A DNA stretch of 64,000 nucleotides. It comes from Thermoplasmata archaeon. GTDB taxonomy: Archaea; Thermoplasmatota; Thermoplasmata; Thermoplasmatales; GCA-001856825. The notes beneath the pieces are model-generated. The model searched no databases and was not told where the DNA came from. It saw only the letters and a list, made by a program, of their open reading frames with translations. The translations under genes were made by a program, and so were the position numbers. Location: contig JAJYUZ010000002.1 in assembly GCA_021792255.1 (NCBI GenBank), positions 320,001 to 384,000 of the forward strand, written 5' to 3'. Shown in pieces: positions 19,667-29,437 of this stretch. How positions within the stretch are numbered: the stretch's first letter is position 1; each line of letters begins with the position of its first letter.

Positions 19667-19923
19667 AAGAAAATTTTGTTCCTCTGGAGAGGAGTTTGAA
19701 GATCTGGAGTTCCTCTATCCTTATTACAGAATGATAGATGAGGGACAAACTCCTGTCGTCGCATGGAAGGAATATTACTTCCTACGCTTCAATAAAAGAT
19801 GAACTTGTAAAGGCTGAAGCTTTCTATGAGAGACGAGAAGTCGGAAAAGATGAAGACTCATTTTCATCAAGACATCCGGGTGACCTATAATCCTTCTCAA
19901 AGACGATGCTTGCTCAACTGAGA
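19667..19923 (+). pseudogene. PfpI/DJ-1 family (intracellular protease I-like) pseudogene
   Basis: Fragments separated by frameshifts: KKILFL / GEEFEDLEFLYPYYRMIDEGQTPVVA / GRNITSYASIKDELVKA...SSRHPGDL*SF; central part missing; internal TAA at 19888. Confidence 0.8.
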
Positions 19924-19975
19924 GACGAAGGGCAATGTATTAGCAAGAGCACGGATTTATCGGAATGAGTTCGAT

Positions 19976-20533
19976 ATGGTAGAGTTGGAAGTTAATTCAG
20001 TCTTGGTCGTGATAGACGTTCAGAAAGCTTGGCTGGATCCGAGTCTTGGAAAAAGAAACAATCCTGATGCAGAAAGGATAATCTCTGGTCTGATTTCAAA
20101 ATTCAGAGAAAGGCAAAAGAAGATTATCCACGTAAGACACGATTCACTTCATCCAGAGTCGATTTTCAGAGAGGGGAAGTCCACATTCGAATTCATGGAC
20201 GAAGTCAGTCCTGCTCCAGGTGAGCTCGTAATCACCAAGCACGTAAACAGTGCATTTATTGGAACAAATCTCGAGGACACTCTCAGGAAACTTGGAGATC
20301 CATTGGTCTTTTATGTGGGGCTGGTGACTGATCACTGCGTGAGCACCACGGTGAGAATGTCAGGAAATCTGGGATTTAGAAGTTATGTAATAGGTGATGC
20401 GTGCGCAACCTTTGATAGAAGGGATTCGACAGGCCGACTTATCCCAGCAATAGAAGTTCACAAGGTAAACCTAGCATCCCTCGACGGAGAATTTGCACAT
20501 GTAGTAAATTCAAGAGATCTGATTTTCCGATGA
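19976..20533 (+). CDS. isochorismatase-family cysteine hydrolase
   Basis: VIDVQ, ITKHVNSAF, TDHCVSTT, DACATF. Confidence 0.9.
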   Translation: MVELEVNSVLVVIDVQKAWLDPSLGKRNNPDAERIISGLISKFRERQKKIIHVRHDSLHPESIFREGKSTFEFMDEVSPAPGELVITKHVNSAFIGTNLEDTLRKLGDPLVFYVGLVTDHCVSTTVRMSGNLGFRSYVIGDACATFDRRDSTGRLIPAIEVHKVNLASLDGEFAHVVNSRDLIFR

Positions 20534-20578
20534 TTCTTAACCCTTAGGGATATGCTATCTTTTCGTACTTCTCAAGTA

Positions 20579-23500
20579 CTACTGAGGCAAGGCCAGTCTA
20601 AGTGTTTTGATTTCATTGGGGTTTATTTCTCCGCTGATTTTCTTAGAATGGATCCCATCTGACCTGATTGAATTCTTCAGAACAGATCTTTCAAGAAGAT
20701 CGGTTTCAACGCAATCTCGAATTTCAAACGGTAAGTAAACGGTGAAGTTTCTTCTTTCTCCCGTCGGATTGAATATTCTAAGAATTTTTCCGCTCTCGTC
20801 TTCTGATTGCTTAATCGAAGCTACAACTATTCCTTCTGCTTCCAGATTTCCGCTTCGATATTCTTTCGACTCCAATAAAACGGGTCTAATGTTGAACTTT
20901 ACACCTTCCCTGTAGTAAAGTATAGGGTCACCTTTCTGAATATAACCATACGAGAACGAAAATGAGTTATTGCCGCGATCGGATAGGGGATCTGGCCAGA
21001 ATGGGGATCTCAAAAGTGAAACCCCCAAATGTCCGTCTTTAAATGAAAACCCGTACTTAGAGTCGTTTAGTAGCACAAATGCCTGTCTATTTCTCTCTAC
21101 TGCAACAAATCTATGAGCTGGGAATTCATAGGTCGGTCCAACAGAAGTTCTCTCTATTGTGGAAAAGGCAGTCTCCCCTATACATTTTCCTTCTCCAGTC
21201 TTGAAATACATTCTGAGAAGTCTGTTGTAACCCTTCCAATCGACATCGAAATGAACGTTCACAAATTCTCCATTCAAAGGGAAAGATAATCTCAGAGTCA
21301 GTATTCCCGGGTCCAGGTTGTATCTGATTTCCAGAATTTCTCCATATCCCTCTTCAGAAAATTTCCTCAGGCCTATCTGCTCCAAAAGATGTCCGTGCTC
21401 CATTCCTAGATTGTCTAGCTCCCAACCATCGAAATAGTAAGGAAAATCATTAAAAATCAAGAGTTGCGGGATTGGCAAATTCTTCCCATCAAGACTTATG
21501 GAAGATAATTTTCCGGATTCAATCTTGACGGTCCATTTGTGTAGGGAATCAGGTGAAGATTTTTTCAGTGGTGGAACCATATTGTCTCCTTCCTTGAGGC
21601 TGTAGGCATAGAAGCCCATTCCTCTGTCAAAGTCTGCGTAGAATCCGCACTCCCATCCATTGCTTAGAACTGGTGCTTCCCTTCCCCTATCATCCACAAC
21701 GATCAGTCCTCTCTGGTCCTCCCCCAATGGCACCCAAGTGGAGGTTTTCCACCAATAGGGAGAGAATATCGTGAACGAAGAGTTCGGACTAAGTGGAGTG
21801 GTTCGTTCCCGGACCAAATCTTTCCGGACGTGCTCTGAAAGATCTCTCAGTTCTTTGACTCCGACCCTGTAAACCTCGTCGATCGACGAGCCCGGTATGA
21901 TATCGTGGAATTGATTCCTCAGCAACGTCTTCCACTCTTTGTTCAGTTTCTCCTGCCCCTTTTCGACACTGAAAGATGCTATGGCCTCCGCAACGAATAG
22001 TTCTGACTCAAGCCTCCTGTTCATCATCTTGATGTCTCCATGGGTGGTGTAAGTGCCTCTATGGGCCTCCAGATACAATTCTCCCCTTATGATGGGAAGT
22101 GAGTCTTGGTGAGATTTCACCTTAGATAACCAGTAATCCAAGGGAGAATGTCCCGTGTAGAACGTTTTCCTCGCGGTATCGATAAAATTAATCCGGTCTA
22201 TCATTTCCTCGGTCGGTCCTCCTCCACCATCTCCATATCCATAGATAAGTGGAACGCTCTCGATTAGACTGGATGTCTCATGATTCTTATCAGTGGTGTC
22301 TTTAACGCAACTCAGGTCAGTATCAGAGATGTAGTCTCTCATATGCGAATGTGCAAGAATGGTGCTCCCATCAGGTCCTTCCCAATTGAAGAGATCGTGG
22401 GGAAAGCGAGTAGTGTCATTATAGGTGAATTTGGTGGTCACGAACATTTCAAAGCCTGTCTTTGTCAAAATCTGAGGGAGTTGTTGAGTATAACCGAATG
22501 TATCAGGTAGCCAAGCTACATTGCTGCATTCGCCAAATTCGCTCTTGAAAAACTGTTGACCGTAGAGGAACTGTCTCACAAGGGACTCTCCGCCTGTAAG
22601 GTTGCAATCTGATTCAACGATCATACCTCCAACGGGTATCCATTTCTTTTCGGCGACAAGTTTCTTTATGTCCATATAAACTTCTGGCTCCATCTCCTTG
22701 ATAATTTCGTAGTGACTGACCATGGACTGGAGGAAGGTGAAGTTCTTGGATTTCATTAAATGGGTGACCGTCGTAAAGGTCCTCCTTATCTTCTCTTTAG
22801 TCTCCGCTATTGGCCAAAGCCAGGCTAGATCAATGTGTGCATTTCCCAAGGGAATGATTTCGGGTCCCTTTTTAGATTCATCATTGGCGTTGAGCTCGCT
22901 GAAAATCGCATCTAACGAATCCTTTACGCTTCTTAGATCAACTGATGTAATGGGTGTTTCAATTTCACCAAATTCTTTCAAATGCAGAAAGGGATCAAAA
23001 CTTGTCAGCCCCTCTCCCAGCACGTTAGAAAAAACATCTGAGTGAACCAGATACGAAATCGGATTGACTCTCAACTGAGGAAGACTTCTGAAGAGATCAG
23101 TGATTTTGTCTACCAGATCCCACTTTTCATCTATCCTTGCCATATCGACTGCAACTTGAAACAAATTGAAGAGGGAGTACAGTTCCTCGTCCCTGCTATA
23201 AACGACACAGTTCACTGGTAATCTCAATCCTTTGTGGGAACCTAACTCTCCAGATTCGGAAATTTCTATGTCGATTCTATTAGTATCAAGAGGAATTCTG
23301 AAGTTTTTGTGCCGGTAATCTAAGCCACACTCGCTCTTTCCATTAAGGGTCACCAAACCGCTGCCATTAACATCGACATAAAGTCTGTTTCCTTGTTTGA
23401 AATTCCACACAAGCGAACCAGAAAGAGTGTCATACTCGTGGACGCTTCTCTTGGGGTTAGCGGAAGATATCTTGAGTTCTAGAAGGATCGGGTCCTTAAC

Positions 23501-23587
23501 GGAAGCGAGAAGCAGTATATTCAGTCTGTTTCTGAGCCTTTCTGAGTTTCTTTTCGCCTTTTCGGGACTTGAAGGTTCGAGACTCAT
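20579..23587 (-). CDS. alpha-mannosidase, GH38
   Basis: HIDLAWLWP, GESLVRQF, WLPDTFG, GYGDGGGGPT, ELYLEAHRGTYT, NQFHDIIPGSSI. Confidence 0.95.
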   Translation of the reverse strand: MSLEPSSPEKAKRNSERLRNRLNILLLASVKDPILLELKISSANPKRSVHEYDTLSGSLVWNFKQGNRLYVDVNGSGLVTLNGKSECGLDYRHKNFRIPLDTNRIDIEISESGELGSHKGLRLPVNCVVYSRDEELYSLFNLFQVAVDMARIDEKWDLVDKITDLFRSLPQLRVNPISYLVHSDVFSNVLGEGLTSFDPFLHLKEFGEIETPITSVDLRSVKDSLDAIFSELNANDESKKGPEIIPLGNAHIDLAWLWPIAETKEKIRRTFTTVTHLMKSKNFTFLQSMVSHYEIIKEMEPEVYMDIKKLVAEKKWIPVGGMIVESDCNLTGGESLVRQFLYGQQFFKSEFGECSNVAWLPDTFGYTQQLPQILTKTGFEMFVTTKFTYNDTTRFPHDLFNWEGPDGSTILAHSHMRDYISDTDLSCVKDTTDKNHETSSLIESVPLIYGYGDGGGGPTEEMIDRINFIDTARKTFYTGHSPLDYWLSKVKSHQDSLPIIRGELYLEAHRGTYTTHGDIKMMNRRLESELFVAEAIASFSVEKGQEKLNKEWKTLLRNQFHDIIPGSSIDEVYRVGVKELRDLSEHVRKDLVRERTTPLSPNSSFTIFSPYWWKTSTWVPLGEDQRGLIVVDDRGREAPVLSNGWECGFYADFDRGMGFYAYSLKEGDNMVPPLKKSSPDSLHKWTVKIESGKLSSISLDGKNLPIPQLLIFNDFPYYFDGWELDNLGMEHGHLLEQIGLRKFSEEGYGEILEIRYNLDPGILTLRLSFPLNGEFVNVHFDVDWKGYNRLLRMYFKTGEGKCIGETAFSTIERTSVGPTYEFPAHRFVAVERNRQAFVLLNDSKYGFSFKDGHLGVSLLRSPFWPDPLSDRGNNSFSFSYGYIQKGDPILYYREGVKFNIRPVLLESKEYRSGNLEAEGIVVASIKQSEDESGKILRIFNPTGERRNFTVYLPFEIRDCVETDLLERSVLKNSIRSDGIHSKKISGEINPNEIKTLRLALPQ

Positions 23588-23789
23588 GCTGGTACCCAGT
23601 CTTCCTCAGTCCGTACAACCCTATAAACCATGCACAGCCATATGCGCTTCTCAAATTGAACCTGATTGATTTTTGGGTTCCCTCGAAACTCTCACGTTAA
23701 CCATTCATTGTCCTGACTTCGTGAGGCTTGGATAATTTGGAGATGGAAAGTCAAAATTTGACGTAAAGACTTTATATCAAATTTTCAGT

Positions 23790-24005
23790 TTGATATGGGG
23801 TGAGATTATAGCAAGCACTGGGGGGAGGATACTTGAAGATAGGTTTGGAGACGACGCTCATCCTGTAAAAGAGAATCACAACTATTACAACGAATATCCA
23901 CTGCAATCTAAAAGAAAAGTGAGGAGAAGGACGGTTTTCATCTTGGTCGGATTTTTCGTGCTCTTAATTGGAGTAATCGTGCTCGTAACACGGTTTGTGA
24001 TCTGA
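23790..24005 (+). CDS. small hypothetical protein with C-terminal transmembrane helix
   Basis: Basic patch KRKVRRR followed by a hydrophobic tail; start codon uncertain. Confidence 0.45.
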   Translation: MIWGEIIASTGGRILEDRFGDDAHPVKENHNYYNEYPLQSKRKVRRRTVFILVGFFVLLIGVIVLVTRFVI

Positions 24006-24275
24006 ACTAGTAAGTACGGAACAATATGGGAAGAGTTGGCATCAATCAGCACGAACTGAAGGTGGGCTATTCTCTCTCACGTTTTGGAACAATTCGCAAT
24101 TGTCAGTTTTTGGATTTGATCAGTAGCAGAAAATCGGGAGTCAAGTCCATAGATCTGGTTCCATTCTCAGTAGACTGGCTTGAATCTAACCCATGAGATT
24201 AACTGTTTGAACGGATTGATAGAAGGAGCAGGTCGGATAGACGACCTTAGCAGAGAGTTACTCTCTTCGAGCCTA

Positions 24276-24638
24276 TCACTTTGTTGCTATAGCGTCAATC
24301 TCTACTAGAACTCCCTCTGAAGCAAAACCAGTCACAAGAGTCGTCCTAGCCGGAGGATTTTTCGGAAAGTACTTTCCAAACAGATTATTCATTCTATGGA
24401 AATCACCTTTATATGCAAGATAAACTGAAATTTTTACTACGTTCTCCAGGGTGCACCCAGCGGTTTCCAGTACTTTCTTAATCTTATCTATTGCATTTTC
24501 AAACTGCTGATCAAAATTCAGTACTGCACTCGGGACCTGCCCAGTCTGTCCAGAGAGGAATATAAGGTTCCCCGAAACTACGGCATGAGAGTATGGACCA
24601 CCCTTGGGGATACTGTCAACATTTATCCACTCATTCAT
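24276..24638 (-). CDS. ridA: RidA/YjgF family enamine/imine deaminase
   Basis: GPYSHAV, SGQ, VVKISVYL, PPART (catalytic Arg), VEIDAIA. Confidence 0.9.
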   Translation of the reverse strand: MNEWINVDSIPKGGPYSHAVVSGNLIFLSGQTGQVPSAVLNFDQQFENAIDKIKKVLETAGCTLENVVKISVYLAYKGDFHRMNNLFGKYFPKNPPARTTLVTGFASEGVLVEIDAIATK

Positions 24639-24824
24639 ATTCTATTAGTACGTTCCTGGATATTTAGCTCTTTATCTTCTCAGGAAGAGAATGACCAGAT
24701 TCAGGCGCGTAGGAACCTAAAGAAGCCTGAGATTGTTTTCTTTAGTCTTGTGGTTCACAGTTCACAACATAGGCACTAATCCAGAAGCGCCAATAAAATA
24801 TCGTCCTGACCGATGTTGTACCAA

Positions 24825-26084
24825 CTATCTTGGGCGGCCCCTATGAATAGAATTTCTTCGCCCCACGCTTCTTCCGTTGTGCCCTCTTTGTCTCCTATTA
24901 GGCATCTCGTTCTTGTTGTGCTCATGATTGGGCCCGTGATGTCCACGAGAGATTACTTTGAGGTTTCTGAATGGCTCTATATCAATCTCTATTCTCCTGA
25001 TTTCTATGTTAGCCCTCTTCTTTATTTCAGCAATCAAGATTCTTTGGGAGTCGTTGATTATGGTGAACGCCCTTCCCTCCTTTCCCATTCTTGCGCTTCT
25101 TCCGATTCTGTGGATATAAGCAACGGGATCCTCGGGTGCATCGTAATTTATTATGTCTGTAATTTCTGGAAAATCAAGACCTCTTGCAGCAACATTAGTT
25201 GCCACTAAAACGTCTTCGCCATGTCTGAAGGCATTGAGTGCCCTTTCCCTTTCTGCTTGTGATTTCCCACCGTGGAGAAGCGAAACACGCAGTCCTCTCT
25301 CTTTCAATGTTCCTGCGATTCTGTCAGCCATGTTCTTCGTGTTTGTGAATATGATGGACTTTTTTGGTTCGTATTCTGAATAGTATGCCATCAAGAGTGA
25401 AAATTTGTACTGCTGCTGGACAACCCCATAAAGGTGAGACACATTGCCAACTATCTCTTGCTTTTCATCTCCAACTATGATGTTCTTTCTTTCCTCATTC
25501 ATGAACTTTGCCGCCAGTCCCACAATTTCTTTCGGCATTGTTGCAGAAAAGAGGAGTACTTGTTTCCTTCTTGGAGTATGAGATAATATGATTTCTACGT
25601 CATCAATAAACCCCATATCGAGCATGACATCTGCTTCATCCAACACCACAAATTTCAAATTGCTTAGGCGGAGTTCTCGTCTTTCTATAAGGTCCAGAAC
25701 TCTTCCCGGAGTTCCCACTACGATGTTCGCTCCATTTCTCAGGGCGTTTATCTGCATGCTCATTGATGCACCACCGTAGACCGTAACAACTTTCTTTTTA
25801 TAGACAGCCCCTATCTTTTTAGCCACCTCAGCAACCTGAAGCGTAAGTTCCCTTGTAGGGGCGATTATTATCGCTTCAAGCAGATTACTACTTCCTAAAT
25901 TGTTAATTATAGGTATTAGAAATGCTCCTGTCTTGCCCGATCCCGTCTTGGATCTTACGGATACGTCTTTCCCAGCCAAAATCAAGGGGATAGTGATCTC
26001 CTGAACTTCGGTCGGATTAAAAAAACTCATTTTGTTAAGGGAAGAGGTGAGTTCAGACCTTATTCCCAGTCCTTCAAATTTCAT
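24825..26084 (-). CDS. DEAD-box RNA helicase
   Basis: SKTGSGKT, PTREL, TPGR, DEAD, SAT, ARGLD, HRIGRSAR; basic C-terminal tail. Confidence 0.95.
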   Translation of the reverse strand: MKFEGLGIRSELTSSLNKMSFFNPTEVQEITIPLILAGKDVSVRSKTGSGKTGAFLIPIINNLGSSNLLEAIIIAPTRELTLQVAEVAKKIGAVYKKKVVTVYGGASMSMQINALRNGANIVVGTPGRVLDLIERRELRLSNLKFVVLDEADVMLDMGFIDDVEIILSHTPRRKQVLLFSATMPKEIVGLAAKFMNEERKNIIVGDEKQEIVGNVSHLYGVVQQQYKFSLLMAYYSEYEPKKSIIFTNTKNMADRIAGTLKERGLRVSLLHGGKSQAERERALNAFRHGEDVLVATNVAARGLDFPEITDIINYDAPEDPVAYIHRIGRSARMGKEGRAFTIINDSQRILIAEIKKRANIEIRRIEIDIEPFRNLKVISRGHHGPNHEHNKNEMPNRRQRGHNGRSVGRRNSIHRGRPR

Positions 26085-26322
26085 CTAGTTATACCGTCAC
26101 GTCATGTCGACTTTGTTATTGAGCTTAATCCTTATTGAATAATCGACGATATTCCAATACATTTCCGTCCACAATGAAATCACGCACAGTCAAAAAAGAT
26201 CATAGTGAGCAAGTACGTGCGCTTCACTGGTGATAGATTCGAAAGGAAGTGGTAAAGTTAAAAAAGAGACCGAAAGGGGAAAATTGAAGGCATTAATCCT
26301 CAGCAATATGGACCGCCCATAG

Positions 26323-26394
26323 TGGACTGGCGGGGATTTGAACCCCGGACCTCCTGCTTGCAAAGCAGGCGATCTTCCGCTGATCTACCAGCCC
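26323..26394 (-). tRNA. tRNA-Ala(UGC)
   Basis: Acceptor GGGCTGG/CCAGTCC with the G3:U70 alanine identity pair, anticodon arm CCTGC-TTTGCAA-GCAGG, TTCAAAT T-loop. Confidence 0.95.
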
Positions 26395-27125
26395 TCTTGT
26401 TTCACTCTCATTTTCTTTTCTTTAGAGAATTTTATCTCTTTGAGGGTTTCTTCATCAATTTGTCCGTCGTATTCCTCCGGTTCCATCATGCTCTCAGGAG
26501 TGACGAACTTGCAGATGAACACTTCTTGACCAGCGTGATATATGTTTTCACCACTACCCACAATAGCCTCACTCTTTATAGGGATCACCAATGGGGTATC
26601 GAAATGATATAGGCCAGCTATGTAGGCCTTCTCTTTGGAACTGGACAGATGAATCCACCTCCTGTCAGATGGCAGTATCCCATTCTCCCTGAGGATTTCG
26701 AACTCCTCTTTGTTCGTGGGATAGAAGAGAATTTCCGGTATGCTATCGGAGGGTAAATCGGTGAGATCGACGTCTATGGAATGCCCATAAGTAGCCCTCA
26801 AGTATCTCTTGTTATCACTCAGCTGATACCTGCCCTTCTGATCCGTCAACACTATTGCAAAAATGTGGGAAGGACCAACGAAGTGAAATCTCCTGTAATA
26901 AAATCGAATCTCTTGGACCATCTCGTCTATGTTTACGTACCCTCTATCTGAGATCTCCAGATGATACCTCTCGGGTTTGTGTCTCAGAATTCCAGTTATA
27001 ATTCTGCCTAGCATATCCACTTCTTCATCTGAAAGAATAAACTTTCCCTCTTCTCCACAGGAAGGACAGTCGTGACCCCTGTAGTAACCATGGACCATGC
27101 ATTTACGAATCTCGTTACTGGGCAC
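26385..27125 (-). CDS. kptA: RNA 2'-phosphotransferase (Tpt1/KptA)
   Basis: N-terminal CxxH...CxxC, ILRH, KGRY, RATYGHS, IHLS. Confidence 0.92.
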   Translation of the reverse strand: MPSNEIRKCMVHGYYRGHDCPSCGEEGKFILSDEEVDMLGRIITGILRHKPERYHLEISDRGYVNIDEMVQEIRFYYRRFHFVGPSHIFAIVLTDQKGRYQLSDNKRYLRATYGHSIDVDLTDLPSDSIPEILFYPTNKEEFEILRENGILPSDRRWIHLSSSKEKAYIAGLYHFDTPLVIPIKSEAIVGSGENIYHAGQEVFICKFVTPESMMEPEEYDGQIDEETLKEIKFSKEKKMRVKQEGW

Positions 27126-27460
27126 CAGCAGAAATTGTGAATGGTGTTATAACACTTTTGCACCGGTAGGGTACCTATGGGTGGTGAACGAAACAGAAAA
27201 CGCCGTGTATTGGCCAAATATTCTTCACGGTTTATCGGCGTTGAATGCTTCTTGAAATCGCCACTTCCATCTGTATTGGAATATTTCCCTTCCACAGTTA
27301 CCATTTATTGAGCAGGACCTTGAAAAAGTCCGACAGTTTCCAAAAAATGAGACAGTGATGAACGCTCGAGGGCATATTTGACCACAGCTTCCATATATAA
27401 ATCTGGACTGCCATCAAAATCAGAAACAATAAATAAAATAGGCGAATCAGCACGTTATAA

Positions 27461-28192
27461 ATGGACGAGTATAACCTGTTCCTCCTAGTACTGATTCCGG
27501 TCCTTTTTGTAATGGGGCTGAGAATCAAAGCATTCAGCAAAGAGGGTGCGATAGCTTCAGCAGTAATAGGTTCTTTGATCATCATAGGAGGCGGATGGCT
27601 TTACTTCGTGATGCTCTTCTTGTTTCTTGGTCTCTCGTACATCTCCACCCTAGCCGGATTCGAAAAGAAGAGGTCTTGGAGTCTACAAGAAGGGCTTAAG
27701 GGAGAGAGAGGGGCCAGAAATGTGCTAGCAGCTGGAGCTATTCCGGCGGCAATCTCTCTGATGAGTTTTTGGAATTTTAACCCGAACCTAGTCTTCTTCC
27801 TATATGTCGTGGCTCTTGGCACAATACTGTCGGATACAGCGGCTTCAGAAATAGGTTCCCTCGACGAAAATACATACATGATATTGACTTTGAAACCAGC
27901 AGAGACTGGAATTAATGGGGGAGTTTCAATCCTCGGAACTGCAGTATCCTTTGTTTTTCCGGTGGTTTTCTCTTTGCTTGGTTTCATAATATACGGAGTT
28001 CTAGGTTCAATTCCTCTCGGCTCTCTGTTAGATCTCATATTCTTTTCTGGATTTCTGGCCTTCATCGGATGCGTGTTCGACTCGGTGCTAGGGGAAACTC
28101 TAGAAAACAGGGGATTTCTGACGAAGTACTCGGTAAACTTTTCATCAGCCCTTTTTGCAACAATAATTGCTGTCCTGGTATTTCTTCGATAA
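27461..28192 (+). CDS. DUF92 family membrane protein
   Basis: RGARNVLA, DTAASEIG, GINGGVSILGT, DSVLGETLE. Confidence 0.9.
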   Translation: MDEYNLFLLVLIPVLFVMGLRIKAFSKEGAIASAVIGSLIIIGGGWLYFVMLFLFLGLSYISTLAGFEKKRSWSLQEGLKGERGARNVLAAGAIPAAISLMSFWNFNPNLVFFLYVVALGTILSDTAASEIGSLDENTYMILTLKPAETGINGGVSILGTAVSFVFPVVFSLLGFIIYGVLGSIPLGSLLDLIFFSGFLAFIGCVFDSVLGETLENRGFLTKYSVNFSSALFATIIAVLVFLR

Positions 28193-28222
28193 ATTTATTT
28201 TATATAAAACGAATCTCAAAAG

Positions 28223-29437
28223 ATGAAGATTCTTCTGATAATTGCCGATGGTCTCGGAGATAGGCCCTTTGAATCGCTTGGTTGGAAAACACCACTGGAA
28301 GCTGCTCACAAACCAAATCTCAACACGCTAGCAAAGGAGGGTATGATCGGTTTGATCGATCCAATAAAACCAGGCATAATTCCGGGATCGGATACCTCAC
28401 ACTTGAATTACTTGGGTTACGATCCGTTCAAATACTACACTGGAAGAGGACCGTTTGAGGCAATGGGCACGGGTCTAACTCTAAGAGGAGGAGATGTTGC
28501 ATTCAGGGCGAATTTCGCTACAGTCGATGAGAAAGGAGTGGTGATAGACAGAAGAGCCGGCAGGATCAGGGAAGGAACTCCGGAGCTTTCCAAACCACTG
28601 AATATGAAGATTGAGGACGTCGAGATACTGTTCAAGGAAGGTACAGAGCACAGAGCAGCGCTTGTCCTTCGGGGACAAGGAATCACGACCAACGTCACCG
28701 ACAACGATCCGCACGCAGAGAATCTGAGACCTAAAGAAATCGTAGCGACATCGAATGATGGAAAAAAGACCGCAAGGATTCTAAATGAATTTTATAACCG
28801 CTCTCTCGACATACTGAAGAGTCAACGTGTTAACGCGGACAGGAAGAAAGCTGGCTTAAAAGAAGCGAACGCGATACTGTACAGAGGAGGAGGAGTCGTC
28901 CCTGCTCTACCGAACTTCAGTGACAGACACTCCATGAGTGGAGGGTACATTGCAGGAGTCGCACTTGTGGCAGGAATTTGTAAGCTGATAGGATTAAAGG
29001 ACTTCACGCCAAAAGGAGTGACCGGATCTACAGACACGAACGTCTTGGGGAAATTTTCAGCCGCTGTGCAGGCGCTTGAGGAAGTCGACTTTGTCTTGGT
29101 AAACGTCAAAGGAACAGATGTTGCAGGACACGATGGAAACGGTATAGTCAAGAAAGAATTCATAGAAAAAATAGACAAGGTACTCGGAGAGACTATCATG
29201 AAAATAAGGAGTGATATCTTAATATGTTTCACGGGGGACCACTCTACCCCCGCAAGCGTAAAGGAGCACACTTCCGATCCAGTTCCAATTCTCCTTCACT
29301 ACCCTGGATGCAGGAGAGATGGCGTGGGAGAGTTTGACGAAATCAAGGCAAAGGATGGATACCTAAGGCTAAGAGGAAGTGATCTCATGAACGTTCTATT
29401 GAGTTCTGCAAACAGGTCAGAAAAATATGGAGCTTAA
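28223..29437 (+). CDS. apgM: 2,3-bisphosphoglycerate-independent phosphoglycerate mutase (archaeal type)
   Basis: DGLGDRP, TPLEAA, PGSDT, GRGPFEA, DVAGHDG, GDHSTP. Confidence 0.93.
   Translation: MKILLIIADGLGDRPFESLGWKTPLEAAHKPNLNTLAKEGMIGLIDPIKPGIIPGSDTSHLNYLGYDPFKYYTGRGPFEAMGTGLTLRGGDVAFRANFATVDEKGVVIDRRAGRIREGTPELSKPLNMKIEDVEILFKEGTEHRAALVLRGQGITTNVTDNDPHAENLRPKEIVATSNDGKKTARILNEFYNRSLDILKSQRVNADRKKAGLKEANAILYRGGGVVPALPNFSDRHSMSGGYIAGVALVAGICKLIGLKDFTPKGVTGSTDTNVLGKFSAAVQALEEVDFVLVNVKGTDVAGHDGNGIVKKEFIEKIDKVLGETIMKIRSDILICFTGDHSTPASVKEHTSDPVPILLHYPGCRRDGVGEFDEIKAKDGYLRLRGSDLMNVLLSSANRSEKYGA

Noticed and set aside
23640-23700. TGAACCTGAT resembling a TPP riboswitch core
   Set aside because: No upstream GCTGAGA, no downstream GGnTAATnCCnGCG stem, and no thiamine gene downstream
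26322-26612. Plus-strand ORFs starting MDWRGFEPRTS and MNPGPPACKAG
   Set aside because: Antisense translations of tRNA-Ala and kptA
27008-27585. Minus-strand ORFs 27008-27304 and 27298-27585
   Set aside because: They overlap kptA or the DUF92 gene and have no motifs; likely spurious
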